This document shows, piece by piece, positions 25,324 through 39,691 of a DNA stretch of 64,000 nucleotides. The stretch lies in contig NC_043000.1 in assembly GCF_006345805.1 (NCBI RefSeq), positions 158,782,001 to 158,846,000 of the forward strand, read 5' to 3'. Under the pieces are notes generated by a model that was given only the letters and a program-made list of their open reading frames with translations, ran no database searches and had not been told where the DNA came from. This DNA is from Octopus sinensis (Eukaryota). The translations under genes were made by a program, and so were the position numbers. Position 1 is the first letter of the stretch, and every line of letters begins with the position of its first letter.

Positions 25324-26670
25324 ATGTACAATTACTCAATAGTCAAGATAAAACTCTGAGTTTCAGATGCCGAAGTGGAAATCCACAACACCATCACTTC
25401 GGTTATCTGGCCATCTGAAAAAACGCTATGAAAAAATACCATTATATAAAGGGAAATTACGGTGTTATAATTCTGCTACTTATATAAAATTTCATAGTAA
25501 AACACGGCTAGTCATACGTTCACATGTGCGCTCGCGCACCCAAGTGCGTACTTATACATCACTATAAAAACGTACACATCTTCACTCGCATTTTTCCATT
25601 GGAAGATTTTGGCCAAATGTAAGCCCTACACCAACGGCAGCGGAAAGTGCAGTCTATGCGACATGGAGAGATGGCTTATCTGGAAAAGCAGCTTAGACCC
25701 TACTACATGTCTAAACTCAAGGACAGAACTTTTCGGATCATGCCCATATGTGACAAAATTTTTGTTACGTTTTTGGTCCCCTAAAGAAAACAGACAGAAC
25801 TTGCTTTCTATATTATGTCCCAAAAAGTTTTTTATCTCATTATACCTTTTATTATTTCATATATTTTTATATTTTCACACATATTAATTTTTTTCTGTAC
25901 TTTTCTATCCTGCATTTTTTCCTGTGCCTTTCTATAGACGTGTATATAGATGTTTTTGTACACGTTTGTGAATATGTATGAATGGGCAGTTTTAGATGTG
26001 TGCGTGTGTGCGAGTTTAAGAATGCATATATATATAGACGTTTTTCATATATGAGTGTGTATGTATGCGTATATAAACATGTGCGGATATGTACATATAT
26101 GGGCGTGTGTGTGTATGAGTGCATAAGGGCATGTCCGTATATGAACATGGTTTTTATGCTTTGTATACTTCCTTATGTTTTTTCTGTTACCTTTAACCAT
26201 GGGTTTTCTTATGCTTCTGCGTCTTTAGACGTATGTATGAACTTTTACGGTACGCATGTGTGTGTGTATGAGTTTGTATATATATATGCGTATATATTTG
26301 GTGAAAAATGCGAGTGAAGATGTGTACGTTTTCATAGTGACGTATAAGTTCGCACGTGGGTCCGCGAGCGCACATGTGAGCGTATGACTAGCTGTATTTT
26401 ACTATGAAATTTTAATCTTATTTTATATAAGTTGCAGAATTATAACACAGTAATTTCCCTTTATATAACGGTATTTTTTCATAGCGTTTTTTCAGATGGC
26501 CAGATAACCGAAGAGATGGTGTTGTGGATTTCCACTTCGGCATCTGAAACTCAGAGTTTTATCTTGACCATTGAGTAATTGTACATATTATTTATAGATA
26601 AATTTCCTCTATTTACATAATATTGAGGTCTCTTCCTTTCTTTTGTTATCTTACCGTTTTTACCAATATA
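25324..26670 (+). mobile_element. 5'-truncated Penelope-like element with inverted terminal duplication
   Basis: 25596-25770 encodes KCKPYTNGSGKCSLCDMERWLI...CLNSRTELFGSCPYVTKFLL, like the C-terminal CxLC..EK..I...LN.R.EL...C.H..KFLL tail of PLE GIY-YIG ORFs. The 3' region 26304-26586 is duplicated in inverted orientation at 25324-25595. Confidence 0.75.
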
Positions 26671-26770
26671 TAATATATATTTATATATAATACATATATA
26701 TATATATGTATATATATATATACATACATATATATATATATATATATGTAATATATATATATATATATAC

Positions 26771-26828
<58 letters not shown>

Positions 26829-26947
26829 AATAGCATTAAGGACAACTACTTAATAGGAAACTTAACAAGAAATTGTCAGGTAGATAGCGTAAAAACCTCA
26901 TAAGAGAAAAAATTTCGAAAATTATTTCTTATTGAACATATTAATTT

Positions 26948-27284
26948 ATATATAGAGGCATTAAACATACATGCCAGGAGGCATTCTACATACACGCCAT
27001 ACGCTAAGAGGGACAATCAGTCATTTCTACCAAAATATTACTAATCCTACCGAATTCAATTTTTCAAAGAGACATTTAAAAATATATAGACCTGTATCAC
27101 AGTGATTTCATACTTGTATGAAATCACTGTGATACAGGTCTATATATTTTAAATGTCTTTCTTTGAAAATTGCATTCGGTAGGATTAGTAATATTTTTGG
27201 TAGAAATGACTGATTGTCCCTCTTAGCGTATGGCGTGTATGTAGAATGCCTCCTGGCATGTATGTATAATGCCCTCTATATATA
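26948..27284. repeat. Near-perfect palindrome, about 165-bp arms, 2-nt spacer
   Basis: Centre ...GATTTCATAC-TT-GTATGAAATC... (27114-27115). Arm differences are mostly homopolymer-length. Confidence 0.95.
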
Positions 27285-27321
27285 AATATATATATATATA
27301 TTATATATAGTATATATTATA

Positions 27322-27377
<56 letters not shown>

Positions 27378-28169
27378 TAAGTGCTGCCTTGATTTCTTAT
27401 GGAGATTTTCTTAACTACTTAGTTTGCTTTTATATACGTATATAAACGCAAACTGGCTTTGAAAGAATATACCTAATAAAAAGACGTTTATTTCTGTACC
27501 AATTTTCATAGTCTATAACATCCTGCGCTGTTTTTTCTGTTTTGTTTTTTTTTGTAAAAGCAGGACTTTGTTTCTATTTGTCAGCTACTAGCAGGAGCAT
27601 AGAACAATTAGAACGTTAACATAAAATGGAGTTATCTTAGTACATATTTTCAAATATTATTACAATGAAGCATATTGCTAAATAGTTCAAGATACTTACA
27701 TACAGGCAACTGCATAAAAGGTAGTTCAATCATTAAGCATACGAACACATTCTCACTCTGTAATGAAGTACAACAAAAACAATTGCATTTCTTGCTTCAT
27801 TTCAATTGAATTTCATATATCATGGAGCTGGATGCGTGCCACATGAGGCTAAATAGTATTGCAAAATCACATATACAATGTTTATATTGCATATGACCGC
27901 AATCTGTACGTTGGCTATTTATAGCATAACATGCTGAACTTCATGCATTAAATTATAGTTTTTATAGCGAGTTGTACTTCAGAGATGTGCAGTATTTAAT
28001 AATATGTAGACATAAGTGTTGTGTTGCTACTTGCGTATACACCACGACAGAGTGTGTCGACATAAATCTCATTCGAATTTTGAAATGACATATATGGGGA
28101 ATAGATCACATACATATATATACATACACACATACACATACGTGCGTGCACGCACACATATACATATAT

Positions 28170-28430
28170 ACCAGCTGAAACATCCGGCGTTGCCCGGGCT
28201 AAAGAAAATAAGGAAATTTTAAAATGCCTTTTAGATCTCTAACATGAAACAAAGTCTACGCAGGTCTTACCTCCTAGTACCTGAGATACAAACTTTATAC
28301 GTTAATAACCCGGCGTTTACCAGGTTATTGAAAATAGTGGAATTTAAGTATGCCTTTTAAATCTCTAAATAAAATGAAATATGGATTATGCATTTCTCAA
28401 CATACGTCCATACATACAGTAATTAGCTGG
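28170..28430 (-). mobile_element. Helitron-like terminus, second family
   Basis: ACCAGCTGAAACATCCGGCGTTGCCCGGG is the reverse complement of a hairpin plus CTGG(T) end. An internal roughly 115-bp degenerate duplication follows. Confidence 0.45.
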
Positions 28431-30485
28431 GGTACAAGCTAGTAATGTCAGTAACATGTTTTACCCGATGTTCTCACTCTTAAAAACCAGGTAGGTCTCT
28501 GTCCTTGCAATCATCTTCAATTCTCAGCACTTATTTGAAACACGGGATTTAATATATATATATTTCTATTTACGTACTATTTTGCATGTATTCCACTGAT
28601 GAGGCAAATCATTTCTTATGCAAAGCCATAAATGTGGGATCTGGAATTATCCAATAATGTTTTGGTAGTTTATTTTGTCTCATTGTCTTTTCTCTTGGTG
28701 CTGTGGTTTTAGAGTCAAGTTTTGGCTGCTATATCTAGCATGGTGGTGTCTTTTATATACCCTTAATTATAATTTTAATAATAATTATTACCTATGAGGT
28801 AATAATTCCCATGCTAGCCACTTGATATTATCGGTATTGTAAATAACGATCTTATCCTTATTTATATAAATTTATATATGTTCTTCGTCATTATATTCAC
28901 TACGTTGGTTTTTTGACCATATCGCACGAGGAGTTTAGGCGGGCAATTTACACTGGTCTTGTGCACACGTACATATATATGTGTGTATACGTGCGTAAAT
29001 GTCTTGTGATGAGATTTGAAAATTGGTCAGTAACCAAAGTGTGTAGGCAGAAGTAAGCTACTCAGATGTTTGTAAAACGAATGTACCATATTTTAAAATA
29101 TATATGAGATAAACTCCGGTGAGATAGAGATCTATCCTAAGCAATATAATCATCTTGTCCCCAATCTCTTGCTATCTAACGTAACCAGTGCAACATATTC
29201 GCCGATTCCACAAATCCACGAAGAAATGCAATATTGGATATAATACTGATGATTTGCTTGTATAGAAAATGTAAGTTATCGAATTAAAATATCGTGAAAA
29301 ACAGGCAACCATTGTTCCTCTGCGCTTGACCAGAAAGCCAAAGCAATTAATGCGACAAGCTCTAGGAAAACTTGCCGCACGAAGATCGATCATATTTTAT
29401 CGACCAGCATAATTTTTAAAACCATCTCATTAGTAACCAGAGCATTCCTTGACATCATAGAAACCTCATAAAACAATTATTAGAATAAAATAAACCTTAT
29501 AATCAATACATATTTAAGCGGAGTGTATATATCTGAAGATGAATTCCAAAGATGTGTATTACGAATCTCTTTCAAAAGCCATTATGTTTTCCCAACATTT
29601 TGTTCAACTCTGTTTTCTCTGTACATTCTAAAATTAATACGCTATGTTTATATTAACTTTAATGTTATAGATTAACAATTTAACATAACCAAGGAAAATT
29701 GAACTGATTAGCGAGAGTAAACTAATATAATCACTTTAATTCGAGAAACTCAGTGGCAGTTCACATTTTAAGAATCGATGCAGTTTATTCTATACAGAAC
29801 ATGTAATTTCTGATCAATGGAATCTTACTCTATTACGAAGCGTTAAAGAATAGATTTTAGTCTATTGAGATGTTTCCTGAACCAGGGCATGACATCTAGA
29901 AAGAGGAATGCCACTGAATCAATGTCTACTAAATTCATACAAAAGTATTAGATTCAGCAGTTATGAAAGTATCGAGAATTTGGAACAGCAACCTATTTTC
30001 GGTTACCAAATAATAGAGAATAGCATTCATTTAATCTCTTGATAATACAGTAATCATTCCTTGTTACTACACATAGTCATATTACGCTTTGCTTCTACAT
30101 ATTTATATAATTCTACTCAACATTGTTAGTGTAATGCATTATATTTCCAGACTGCTCTAGAATACTCGCCATTAAAGGAATAGTTGCCATAATATATCTA
30201 ACGAGACATCCCTCAATACTGTGTCTATGTTTAGTGAACGCCGTAGAAGAAAATTTAATGCATACTGTTTCTTTTTTGTTGTTTTTTTTTTTTCACTTGA
30301 GGGAAATTCAGATTAGCTCATCTACACCAGATTCACACAGTTTTAGAGTAAATCCAATTAACGTAACTGAAAAACGATAAATTGTTGCAGTTTCAAGCAA
30401 TTTAGTATAATGATTTGTATTGCGACTGACCACTTTACATGTGTATATTTCAATGAATTTATGACTATAAAAATCGGTAATTACC

Positions 30486-30527
<42 letters not shown>

Positions 30528-31934
30528 AGAGAAGAGATGACAAGAGAAGAGAAAAGAGAGAAGTAGGAAACCAGATCAAGATATATTTCTGTATACTGGA
30601 TATATCAAAGAGACTACATAGTAATAACGTAGACAAAATTCTATTTGAAACTATGGGCATTCTATAAGTTACATTAATAGTTTGGAGTTATTTACAAAAC
30701 GAGGAAGGATCAGCTTATAGGTGTATATACATTTCTAATTATATTCACAAATGCGTATCATTTTTTAGCATCGCATCTTACAACGAGTTACAGTCATTTG
30801 CCTGATGTGTGCTCTCCTATTAATGTTAGGGGTATTTAAATAACCTTATGTGCACCTCTCAAATAGCGAGCTTGAACTTTACGATTTAACTTTGTCGCTC
30901 TTTCCCCTTAATCATATCAAGGTTTCCGTGGGAATGTGTTGACAAATCAATATACGCATACATTGGAATGTGCTGGATACGCTATATGAACAAGTGGTTT
31001 ACTGAATTAATATTTTCAAGGTTGATTTCTCCAGGTAGATCAGAGTAAAGACCAGTATTGAAATGTTGCATTACTACATCTGTATGAAAACCTACGTAAT
31101 ATAGTTCCCTTGAGCCAGCATCAACCTATATGCATGAAAGCGGAGTTACAGCTTCATTTGCACGCTTTCCTGAAGTGTTATCATTTTAACAGAGGAAGCG
31201 AAATTATATCACAGTATGGAAAATCTATAATGTCAACAGTATCAAAACGCCAGCGTATCACATACACGGCCACGTATACATTAGAATGTAGGGATATATT
31301 TGAGAAGGCATCTGCAAATAATCTCCATAGAATAAGCGTAGTTAATGAAGCAAATATATTGGTAGCAGTTATCTATATATAAATATTACTGAGTCATAAT
31401 GTTTCGTGTTTATCGCCAAATTGATGGCAGATAATATATAGGGAAAAAAACTATAACGCCAGCAACAACAATACTAATATCGGTAATATGATAGTCATTC
31501 CTAGCAACATGTTTTAAAATAAAAAAAATAATAAATGAAGTATATATAAGAAGCTATTCTAGCCGCAATAATTACTATATTTATGATATTCCTATATAAC
31601 AGCTGCAGTAAAAACAATAATTCTAACTAGAACAACGACATCGACAAAGACATCGACAACAACCACAGCAACAGCAACAATAATAACAACAACAGCAACA
31701 GTAGCAACACCAGCAGCGACAACAACAAAAATAAAAAAATTATCGACCTGGAAAGGTTGAAAGACAAAGGCGACCTCGGAGGCATTTCAACTGAGAACGT
31801 AAAGGCACAACAAATACCGCTAAGCATTCTGCCCGGCGTGTTAACGATTCTGCTAGTTCGCCACATTAAAGTTGCTCAAGGAGCCATGTAGTGGAACTGA
31901 ATCCAGAACGATGTGATTACGAAGCAAAATTCTT

Positions 31935-32874
31935 AGGAAGCTGACAATTATAAACAAGAAATCATACTACCTAACAAACATGAAAAAGAAGAAACAGAAA
32001 TTATAAAACAAATTAAATCCAAACTAAAACTAGAACAGCAACGGACCATAATAAAACGATGGCAAGAAAAGCCCCTTAAGGGTAAATACTAGGCTAAACG
32101 AAATGCAAAAAAAATAGACAGAGAAAATCCCAGCAATGGCTGAGAAGCTCAGGACTCAAAGCAGCGACTGAAGGACTTTACTTTCAGCACAAGACCAAGT
32201 ACCAAAAACATATAATGAAAAGAAAAATAACAAGTAACTGCAGATTATGTGGAGATGGACAAGAAACAATAAATCATATTATCTCTGGCTGCCCAGTCCT
32301 CGCTAAGAAGGAATATATTCACAGACATGACAGAGTTGGGACCTACATACACTGGAAGCTATGCCAACACTATGGAATAAGAGCAGAAACAAGAGGGTAT
32401 AAAGACACGCCAGAAAAAGTCACAGAAAACGAGAAAGCAATCATACTATAGGATATGCCAATACACACAGATAGAGAAATTAAGGCCAATAGGCCAGATG
32501 TAGTTGTCAGGGATAATGAAGAAAAAATGCTTCCTAATTGATGTATCAATACTAGCAGACGACAACGTTTCTCTAAAAGAAATGGAGAAATTTTCAAAAT
32601 ACATAGAACTGCAAATAGAGCTAACTCGAATATGGAAACTAAAACAGAAACAATTCCTATCATTGTAGGCGCATTATGTATGATGAAAAATATTCAGACA
32701 AATACATAATAAAAATACTATGACTTAAAAATATATTGGGCACTGCACACATCCTACTCAAAACACTTTCAATACATTAACCATAAGAGCATTGCAACAA
32801 ACCACAGCACATACCCAAGGCACATAGAGCTGCGCTCGGTAGTGAAGTGAAAGCACGTTATATAAAATAAACTA

Positions 32875-32877
<3 letters not shown>
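31935..32877 (+). mobile_element. R4/Dong-like RLE retrotransposon 3' end, subfamily A, decayed
   Basis: CRLCGDGQETINHIISGC zinc knuckle and RPDVVV..LIDVS..KY RLE motifs with frameshifts. The 3'UTR ends ...ACTACTG followed by (AAT)n. Homologous to 39960-41142. Confidence 0.85.
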
Positions 32878-32967
<90 letters not shown>

Positions 32968-32981
32968 TCATCAGCATCATC

Positions 32982-33013
<32 letters not shown>

Positions 33014-33023
33014 TATTATTATT

Positions 33024-33098
33024 CAGGCCACTGCCTGGAATCGAAATCGGTATCTTGGGGTTAGTAGCCCACGCTCTTACCACTACGCCATATGCCCC
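33024..33098 (-). mobile_element. tRNA-like SINE head (family S5) followed by (AAT)n
   Basis: Reverse complement GGGGCATATGGCGTAGTGGTAAGAGCGTGGGCTACTAACCCCAAGATACCGATTTCGATTCCAGGCAGTGGCCTG-AATAAT has A and B boxes, but acceptor and anticodon stems are imperfect. Confidence 0.7.
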
Positions 33099-34070
33099 AA
33101 AAGAAAAAGAATGGAAAATGGTCTAAGGAAGATAATAAAGTTCTTACGGCCTTCTACCTTGCCATATATTTCCCCACGCTTAAATCTAATACTGTACAAA
33201 CCTACTTAAACTGGAGCCAGAAACACCTTGAAGTAAGACCCTACGTAGTAACAAACTTGCCAACGTCAGAAGAAACGTTATGAAAAAAAATTTACTAACT
33301 GAAGTAGGAGATTGACCAAATTAAACAAGCAGTAAGGGATAAAAAGGATGAAGCTGCAGCTAAAGAAGATTCTACAGAGGAAATAATTATAGACCAGCCC
33401 ACGGCTGATGAACATGCAGTTAGGATTGAAAGAGTTAATATAACTAATGAGCAAAGTGAAGTACTCTCTGAACCAACCATAAACACTAAGGCAGATGGAA
33501 ATCAAATAGATGGAGGAAGTAACACAGAAATTGATGCAACAGAACTACATGATCTAAAACATCAAACCATGATTGAATGTCTGAAAATTAAAGAAACCAG
33601 TATGAATGAACGCGATACTCTCTCAAGAAGTTGCAATTCTAACCAAAACCTGAAAATAATTGGTAAAATCCGCCTTGCACTTAAGGATAAAATGTTTAGC
33701 GAATGATTTTAATATTACAGATCTCGACCACCTGTACTATGCATCCGCGAAAGTCTCAACGATTCTATGTTGTGAAAAGATAAGAAAACTATAACATTCC
33801 CGCAAAAAGCCTCCTTGGCAAGAGCGTATTCAACACCAAATTAAGCTACTTAGATCTGACATAGAATGTTTGTAAAACTTTAAGTTTAACAAGACTATCA
33901 AATGTACGAAAAGTCGAAAATTAAAGAAAAAATATATGAAAACCATGTTTGACATCGATACCACCCTAGAAACCATCAAGCAAAAGGTATGTGCTAAAGC
34001 CGCCCGCATAGCAAGATGTGAAAAGCGCGTTAGATTCCTCAAGGGTAACAACATAGCCCCAAACAATTTT
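33099..34070 (+). mobile_element. R4/Dong-like element 5' (N-terminal) region, decayed
   Basis: Fragments KWSKEDNKVLTAFYLA, KPPWQERIQHQIKLLRSDIE and LETIKQKVCAKAARIARCEKR resemble the N-terminal region of R4/Dong ORFs. Multiple stops and frameshifts. Confidence 0.65.
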
Positions 34071-35109
34071 ACAGGATGTCCAACGCTCGATGTAATGCAC
34101 TGTTTCCTCTTGTTGAAACATATCCTTCTCTTTGTTCCTGATGAATGTAATCTTTGCTTCTTGGTCACGGTTGATATGTCGGCAGTCTGTGAGAATTTGA
34201 TCTCTTATAAATGAAATCTTGATTTCTCATTTTTAATTTACTTCGGTTAAATTCAAATCGATATACCGACAAACACAACGTATTAGCGGAAAAGCTGTTA
34301 TATTAATACTTAATGCATTTTGATTCATTTTCATGATTAATCTAGTTCATCTTTAATAACCTTTCCTGTGATTTGTTTGCATGCAATTTTTGTTTTCTGT
34401 TCACATCAAACAAATTAATAGCATTTCCAAAACTTATATTAATACTGCTTTGTTATTTTACTCTCATTATTTCACTGATTATTACTATTCAAAATTGAAT
34501 AATTTACAATTATAATTTTTCAGAAGTTTTTTTTATTATTATATTTATTGCAAGCTTGCAGGAAACTAGCAACTAAACCGGTTCTGTGTACCTTGAACTT
34601 ATGCCAAATTTTGGTTCGATTTTCTATTTTCTATATTTAGAGGTTCAGGGTTTTGAAAAGAATTTAGCTTCCAATTTTAGTTCAGATCATTCCCAGGGCA
34701 CCTATTGATACAGCAATTATTTTCATTTTCTGTCTGATCATTCTAATTATATCTATTTTCATCTTTTTTTTTTACTTTTGAAATATTTCCTCCTCCCAAT
34801 TTGGTAATATATTATCGTCAATGGGCAGTAATATTTCGATTAAGAGGCACTTCATACCTAATATCACCAATCAATTTCCTGGAAAATTATTCCTAAAAGC
34901 TGTGGATTTGCAAAACTCAAAGTCTTATTGTTGTTTTTACATGGCTGAAAATTTTTATGCTCAATGTTTATATAAACCGTTCATTTATGTTGATATTTTG
35001 TAGCATAGGCATATCTCAAATTTGAAAACTGGAGCTATGTCGAGACTATGTTTGTTTTCTCTAAGATTAAGAATCCAGAGGCAATATGGTTACTTTTTCA
35101 TATCTTCAC

Positions 35110-35415
35110 ATATTTTGCAGCTACTTAAGAAATCAATATAGAACATCACACAGCCATGTCGACTCTCTTAAAGATACTATTAAAGAAGAATGGGAGGAGT
35201 TGTCTCCTGAATATTTGAGGAACGCTTTGCAAGTTTCAGGAAGCATGTGAAGGCAGTTATTGAGAAAGAAAGAGGACTCATAGAATTAAAACATTTTCTA
35301 TTATGTAAATTTTCTTGTGGTAAATAAATTCTCATGACTTTCAATAAACTAATTGATCATACATTGTCATTCAATCCCTGCCTCAAAATATTGTAAATTT
35401 TGCTTCCCCACCCTG
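35110..35415 (+). mobile_element. Tc1/mariner 3' fragment with right TIR
   Basis: NRTSHSHVDSLKDTIKEEWEELSPEYLRNA..SFRKHVKAVIEKERGLIE*. Ends CCCCACCCTG|TA. Confidence 0.75.
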
Positions 35416-35436
35416 TATATATATATATATCGGCTA

Positions 35437-35737
35437 GTGAAGGTGCATGGATCGGTGGGTAGAGCGTCGAGCTTAGGATCGTGAGGTTATGAGTTCGAAT
35501 CCCGGACCGAGCTGCGTGTTGTGTTCTTTAGCAAGACACTTTATTTCACGTTGCTCCAATACACTCAGCTGTAGGAATGAGTTTCGACGTCACAGGTGCC
35601 ATGTTGTATCGGCTGCTGCCTTTCCCTTGGATAACACTACTGGTATGCATGGGTGACTACCTGTCTTCCATAAACTTGTGCCTGAGAGGGTAACTTTGTA
35701 GGTGCAATCCCATGGTTAGTCATGACCGAAAGGAGTC
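35437..35737 (+). mobile_element. tRNA-derived SINE family S4
   Basis: A-box-like TGGATCGGTGG and B-box GAGTTCGAATCC. The body resembles the reverse complement of 7490-7560. Confidence 0.75.
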
Positions 35738-36146
35738 CCAGCGTATATATCGGGTAATGATTATTTGCCAGCATAACGTGGCAGTGGGATGTTACTGTTA
35801 TTTAGCCTCAGGAAATATTGACTCCAGGTGGCTATACGACACACTATCTGAATCCTTATATATTCGAAAAAGGGAGTTTAGCATCCCCACTCAGCACAAA
35901 ACAATATTTGTGTATCGAGTTGTCTGGGTTATTTCTCTTCATCAGCTCAGAATAAATGTTCGGTTAGAGGTGACGCTGCTAAATTCTGCGAAGCAATGTG
36001 GAAGGGAAGTAAACTTCTTACCGTACAGCCACACCTGCACATGTACATGTATACATAGAGGTCTATATTTAAGAGATGAGGAATTATGTACATTATTTGA
36101 ATCATTTACATTTGATAGATATTTTTCTTCATCTTGTTTGTTGCTA

Positions 36147-36190
36147 ACACAACATTTCAGCTGATATACCCTCCACCCTTCATCAGGTGT
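36147..36190 (-). ncRNA. Type I hammerhead, decayed
   Basis: ACAC-CTGATGA-AGGGTG GAGGGTATAT CAGCT-GAA-ATGT-T-GTGT. Core intact; stem II has a mismatch and stem III looks like ACGT after a C-to-T change. The module abuts an (AAT)n array. Confidence 0.6.
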
Positions 36191-36244
36191 CTTGGAGAAA
36201 TTTCGAAACTGGGTTCTCATTCCTAAGACATTTTTCGATGTAAA

Positions 36245-36370
<126 letters not shown>

Positions 36371-36408
36371 TATTATTATTATTTATTATTATTATTATTA
36401 TTATATTA

Positions 36409-36469
<61 letters not shown>

Positions 36470-36471
36470 CA

Positions 36472-36534
<63 letters not shown>

Positions 36535-36570
36535 CATTATTATTATTATTATTACTATTATTATTATTAT

Positions 36571-37270
36571 CATCTTATGTTTGACTTTTGCTTTGCATTT
36601 CTATAACTTGGCTCGAAATCTCACCCAGAAGCCTCGAGAGACAACAAGTTAGAAGTTCACGTTCGTGCCATGCCTAGGTACCCTATATTTGACTTTGTGC
36701 ATAGTGTTGTTCTAGAGAATGTTTAGGAAACAATAAGAAAATTGTTTTGTTTTAAATTTGAGATTACATAGACAGTATTTTACGTAGGATATGGTCAGTT
36801 CCCATGAACACTATGTTTGAATTCTGCCATTTTTGTGGTTTCTTGGTATCTGAGCTAGGTAGCAATCAGCCCCTGTTGCTATCATTCCTAGAGTTCCTAG
36901 AACAACAGGTATTGATTTATCTTTTAGATTCCACATTTAGCTAATTTCTATTTCAAGATCTTTATACTTGCCCTGGTTTTTGGTAGGTCTTGACAGATAC
37001 GTTTATATCGAATGGGACGGTCATATCAATGACGAAGCATGATTTTCATCTGAAGCCTTTCAATATGATGTCTGGCATGTTTGCATCTATCTTTCTGTCA
37101 GTTTGAATGGTGAAGCTCCAGAGGAGTGAGATGTGATCATTTTCAAGCACTGGGAGATGTTTGCTGCCACCTGTTTATATCATGGGGCAAGTCCAGGATT
37201 TTGCAAATCACCCAGTGAATATAGTTGTTAAACATGGCTCTCTGGGAAGGCGTTCAACCAGAAGTTAAGA
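36571..37270 (-). mobile_element. R4/Dong-like 3' end, subfamily B, decayed
   Basis: Reverse-strand fragments LLWSFTIQTDRKIDANMPDII and KYKDLEIEISKMWNLK..IPVVLGTLGMI. The 3'UTR ends in (AAT)n; the same UTR occurs at 41226-41432. Confidence 0.8.
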
Positions 37271-37805
37271 ATTTTATTTTTTCCTGAAGACTTCCATTTG
37301 CTTGACCTCCTGAGAGCATATCTTATATTTTCTACCTTCACACCCTCCGTCATTTGCTCCTCTAAAGAGTCTAAGTCTGTAGATATTCTATCAATCCAAG
37401 GGGCCTTTTCATTCGGAGAGTGCTCTTGCTAATGTCCGGTGATATATTCTGCGAGAGGGAAAAGTGCCACAAACCGGAATTGACAAACTGATATATAAAA
37501 TACACACGGAAAATAAAACAAAACACTTTATAACTCAAAACAATGGGTCGCAATCAGGTAAAAATAGCACATCAGACATTATGTCTCCGAAAAAGCATAA
37601 CACGCCACAAAAGAAAAAAAGGAAACAAGAGAGAAATATCACTGCAAACAGTAAATAAAAGGCTACACCAATGTAAAATCTCTACACAGCTACCCAACCC
37701 AGAAACAAATAGCACAGGACAGCAAAGCAACAACACACATAGACAGGCGAATACTGATGCACAAAACAACAACAAACAACATAACAGACACCATAACAAA
37801 TCAGC

Positions 37806-37848
<43 letters not shown>

Positions 37849-38082
37849 TCAACAACAACAATAATAATAATAATAATATCAATAATAATAATAATAAAAT
37901 AATAATAATAATAATAATATTAATGATAATAATAATAACAATAAGAATAATAATAATAACAATGATAATAATAAAAATAATAATAACAACAACAACAATA
38001 ATAATAATAATAGCAATAATGATAATAATAATAATAATAGCAATAATAATAATAATAATAATAATAACAATAATAATAATAA

Positions 38083-38637
38083 ATGCCCTGATGCAGTACC
38101 AGGCAGTGGCTCTCATGGCTTCTGATCTTAACTGATTGGAAGTGTTATCATGTACATTGTTTTGTCTTGGCATAATAGATGGGCTACAGCAAATATTCTG
38201 CTCAATACCCCAGATTTGCTTGTCAGTTGTTTGACCTTAACCAGTTGAGCATGTCCCTTAGTGGCTGACGATATGTGCATCTCTGATCACGAGCAGAAGT
38301 AGTGGGGAGCATCATAGCCATGTGTTGAGAGGGATTCTTTGGGGTTTGAATAATTCACCTCTGGAAACATGGGTGGTTCTTTCAACATCCTTAAACAACC
38401 CTTATTCAGGGACCTTTTGAGCGGGATGGGCTACTCAACCTGAAGAAAATTCTAACTGGGCCCCACCTGCAAGGTCATGTGCTGTTTATCTTGATATGAG
38501 ATCACCATGTCGCGCACATATGGTTGCGCTGCATGTGCCTGGTGTACCCTTATCAGACGGGTAGTCATGATGGGTATACTGGGCTTCGTATATTTTACCC
38601 CAGTGTCACTTTGATGGCATGCTCTGCTCGCTCACTC
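38083..38637. mobile_element. 555-bp non-coding element flanked on both sides by (AAT)n
   Basis: GC-richer unique block with sharp borders inside a TAA array. No TIRs and no credible ORF. Confidence 0.55.
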
Positions 38638-38691
38638 AATAATAATAATAATAATTATAATGATGATGATGATGATGATGAAGAAGAAGAG

Positions 38692-38741
<50 letters not shown>

Positions 38742-39461
38742 AGAAGAAGAAAAGAGAAGAAAGAAGAAGAAGAGAAGAAGAAGAAGAAGAAGAAGAAGAA
38801 GAAGAAGAAGAAGAAGAAGAAGAAGAAGAAGAAGAAGAAGAAGAAGAAGAAGAAGAAGAAGAAGATTGATGACCATGATGTTGCTGATGGTGACGATGTT
38901 GAATTCTAAGTTATACACAAAGCAGAAAATGTTATGTAGAGTCGTGTGAACTGGGTAAGGCAATCGATTGTATCTTATCTAGAATGCATGCAGAGCTTCA
39001 TTATCGATTGCGAAATAATGGATACTGGCGGGGTGTGAACACAGTACGTGAAGATATGTAACCGAATACAGCATGGAATTTTGCTCGAAACCTTAACGAT
39101 CTTTGCCACTGAACAACGTAATCATGATTATGTACTTGTTGATAATGGTGATAAGACGAAGAGGAAGATAACAAAGATGATGGCGATGACAATCTCAATT
39201 ATGGTGCCAAGTAGGATAATAAATTTTTAATTGAAACATTCAAATTTTATACACCTCGTAAATATGCACCCAGCAGCATCAGACTATCTAACCATCTCAT
39301 ACGAAGATAACAGCCACAAAAACACTGCCAAACACCACCGCCACCACCGCCACCACCACCACCAACAACAACATCACCACCACCACCAACATCACCACCA
39401 CCACCACCACCACCACCACCGCCACCACTACTTCCACCACCACTACTACTACTACTACTAC

Positions 39462-39494
<33 letters not shown>

Positions 39495-39580
39495 TGATGA
39501 TGATGATGATGATGATGATTATGATGATCATAATAATGATGATGATGATGGTGGTGGTGACGATGATGATCATAATAATA

Positions 39581-39611
<31 letters not shown>

Positions 39612-39652
39612 TGATAATAATGTTAATAATAATAATAATAATAATAATAATG

Positions 39653-39691
<39 letters not shown>

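Noticed and set aside
33024-33098. Functional tRNA-Ser(ACT)
   Set aside because: Acceptor and anticodon stems are imperfect and the 3' end runs into (AAT)n, so it is treated as a SINE head.
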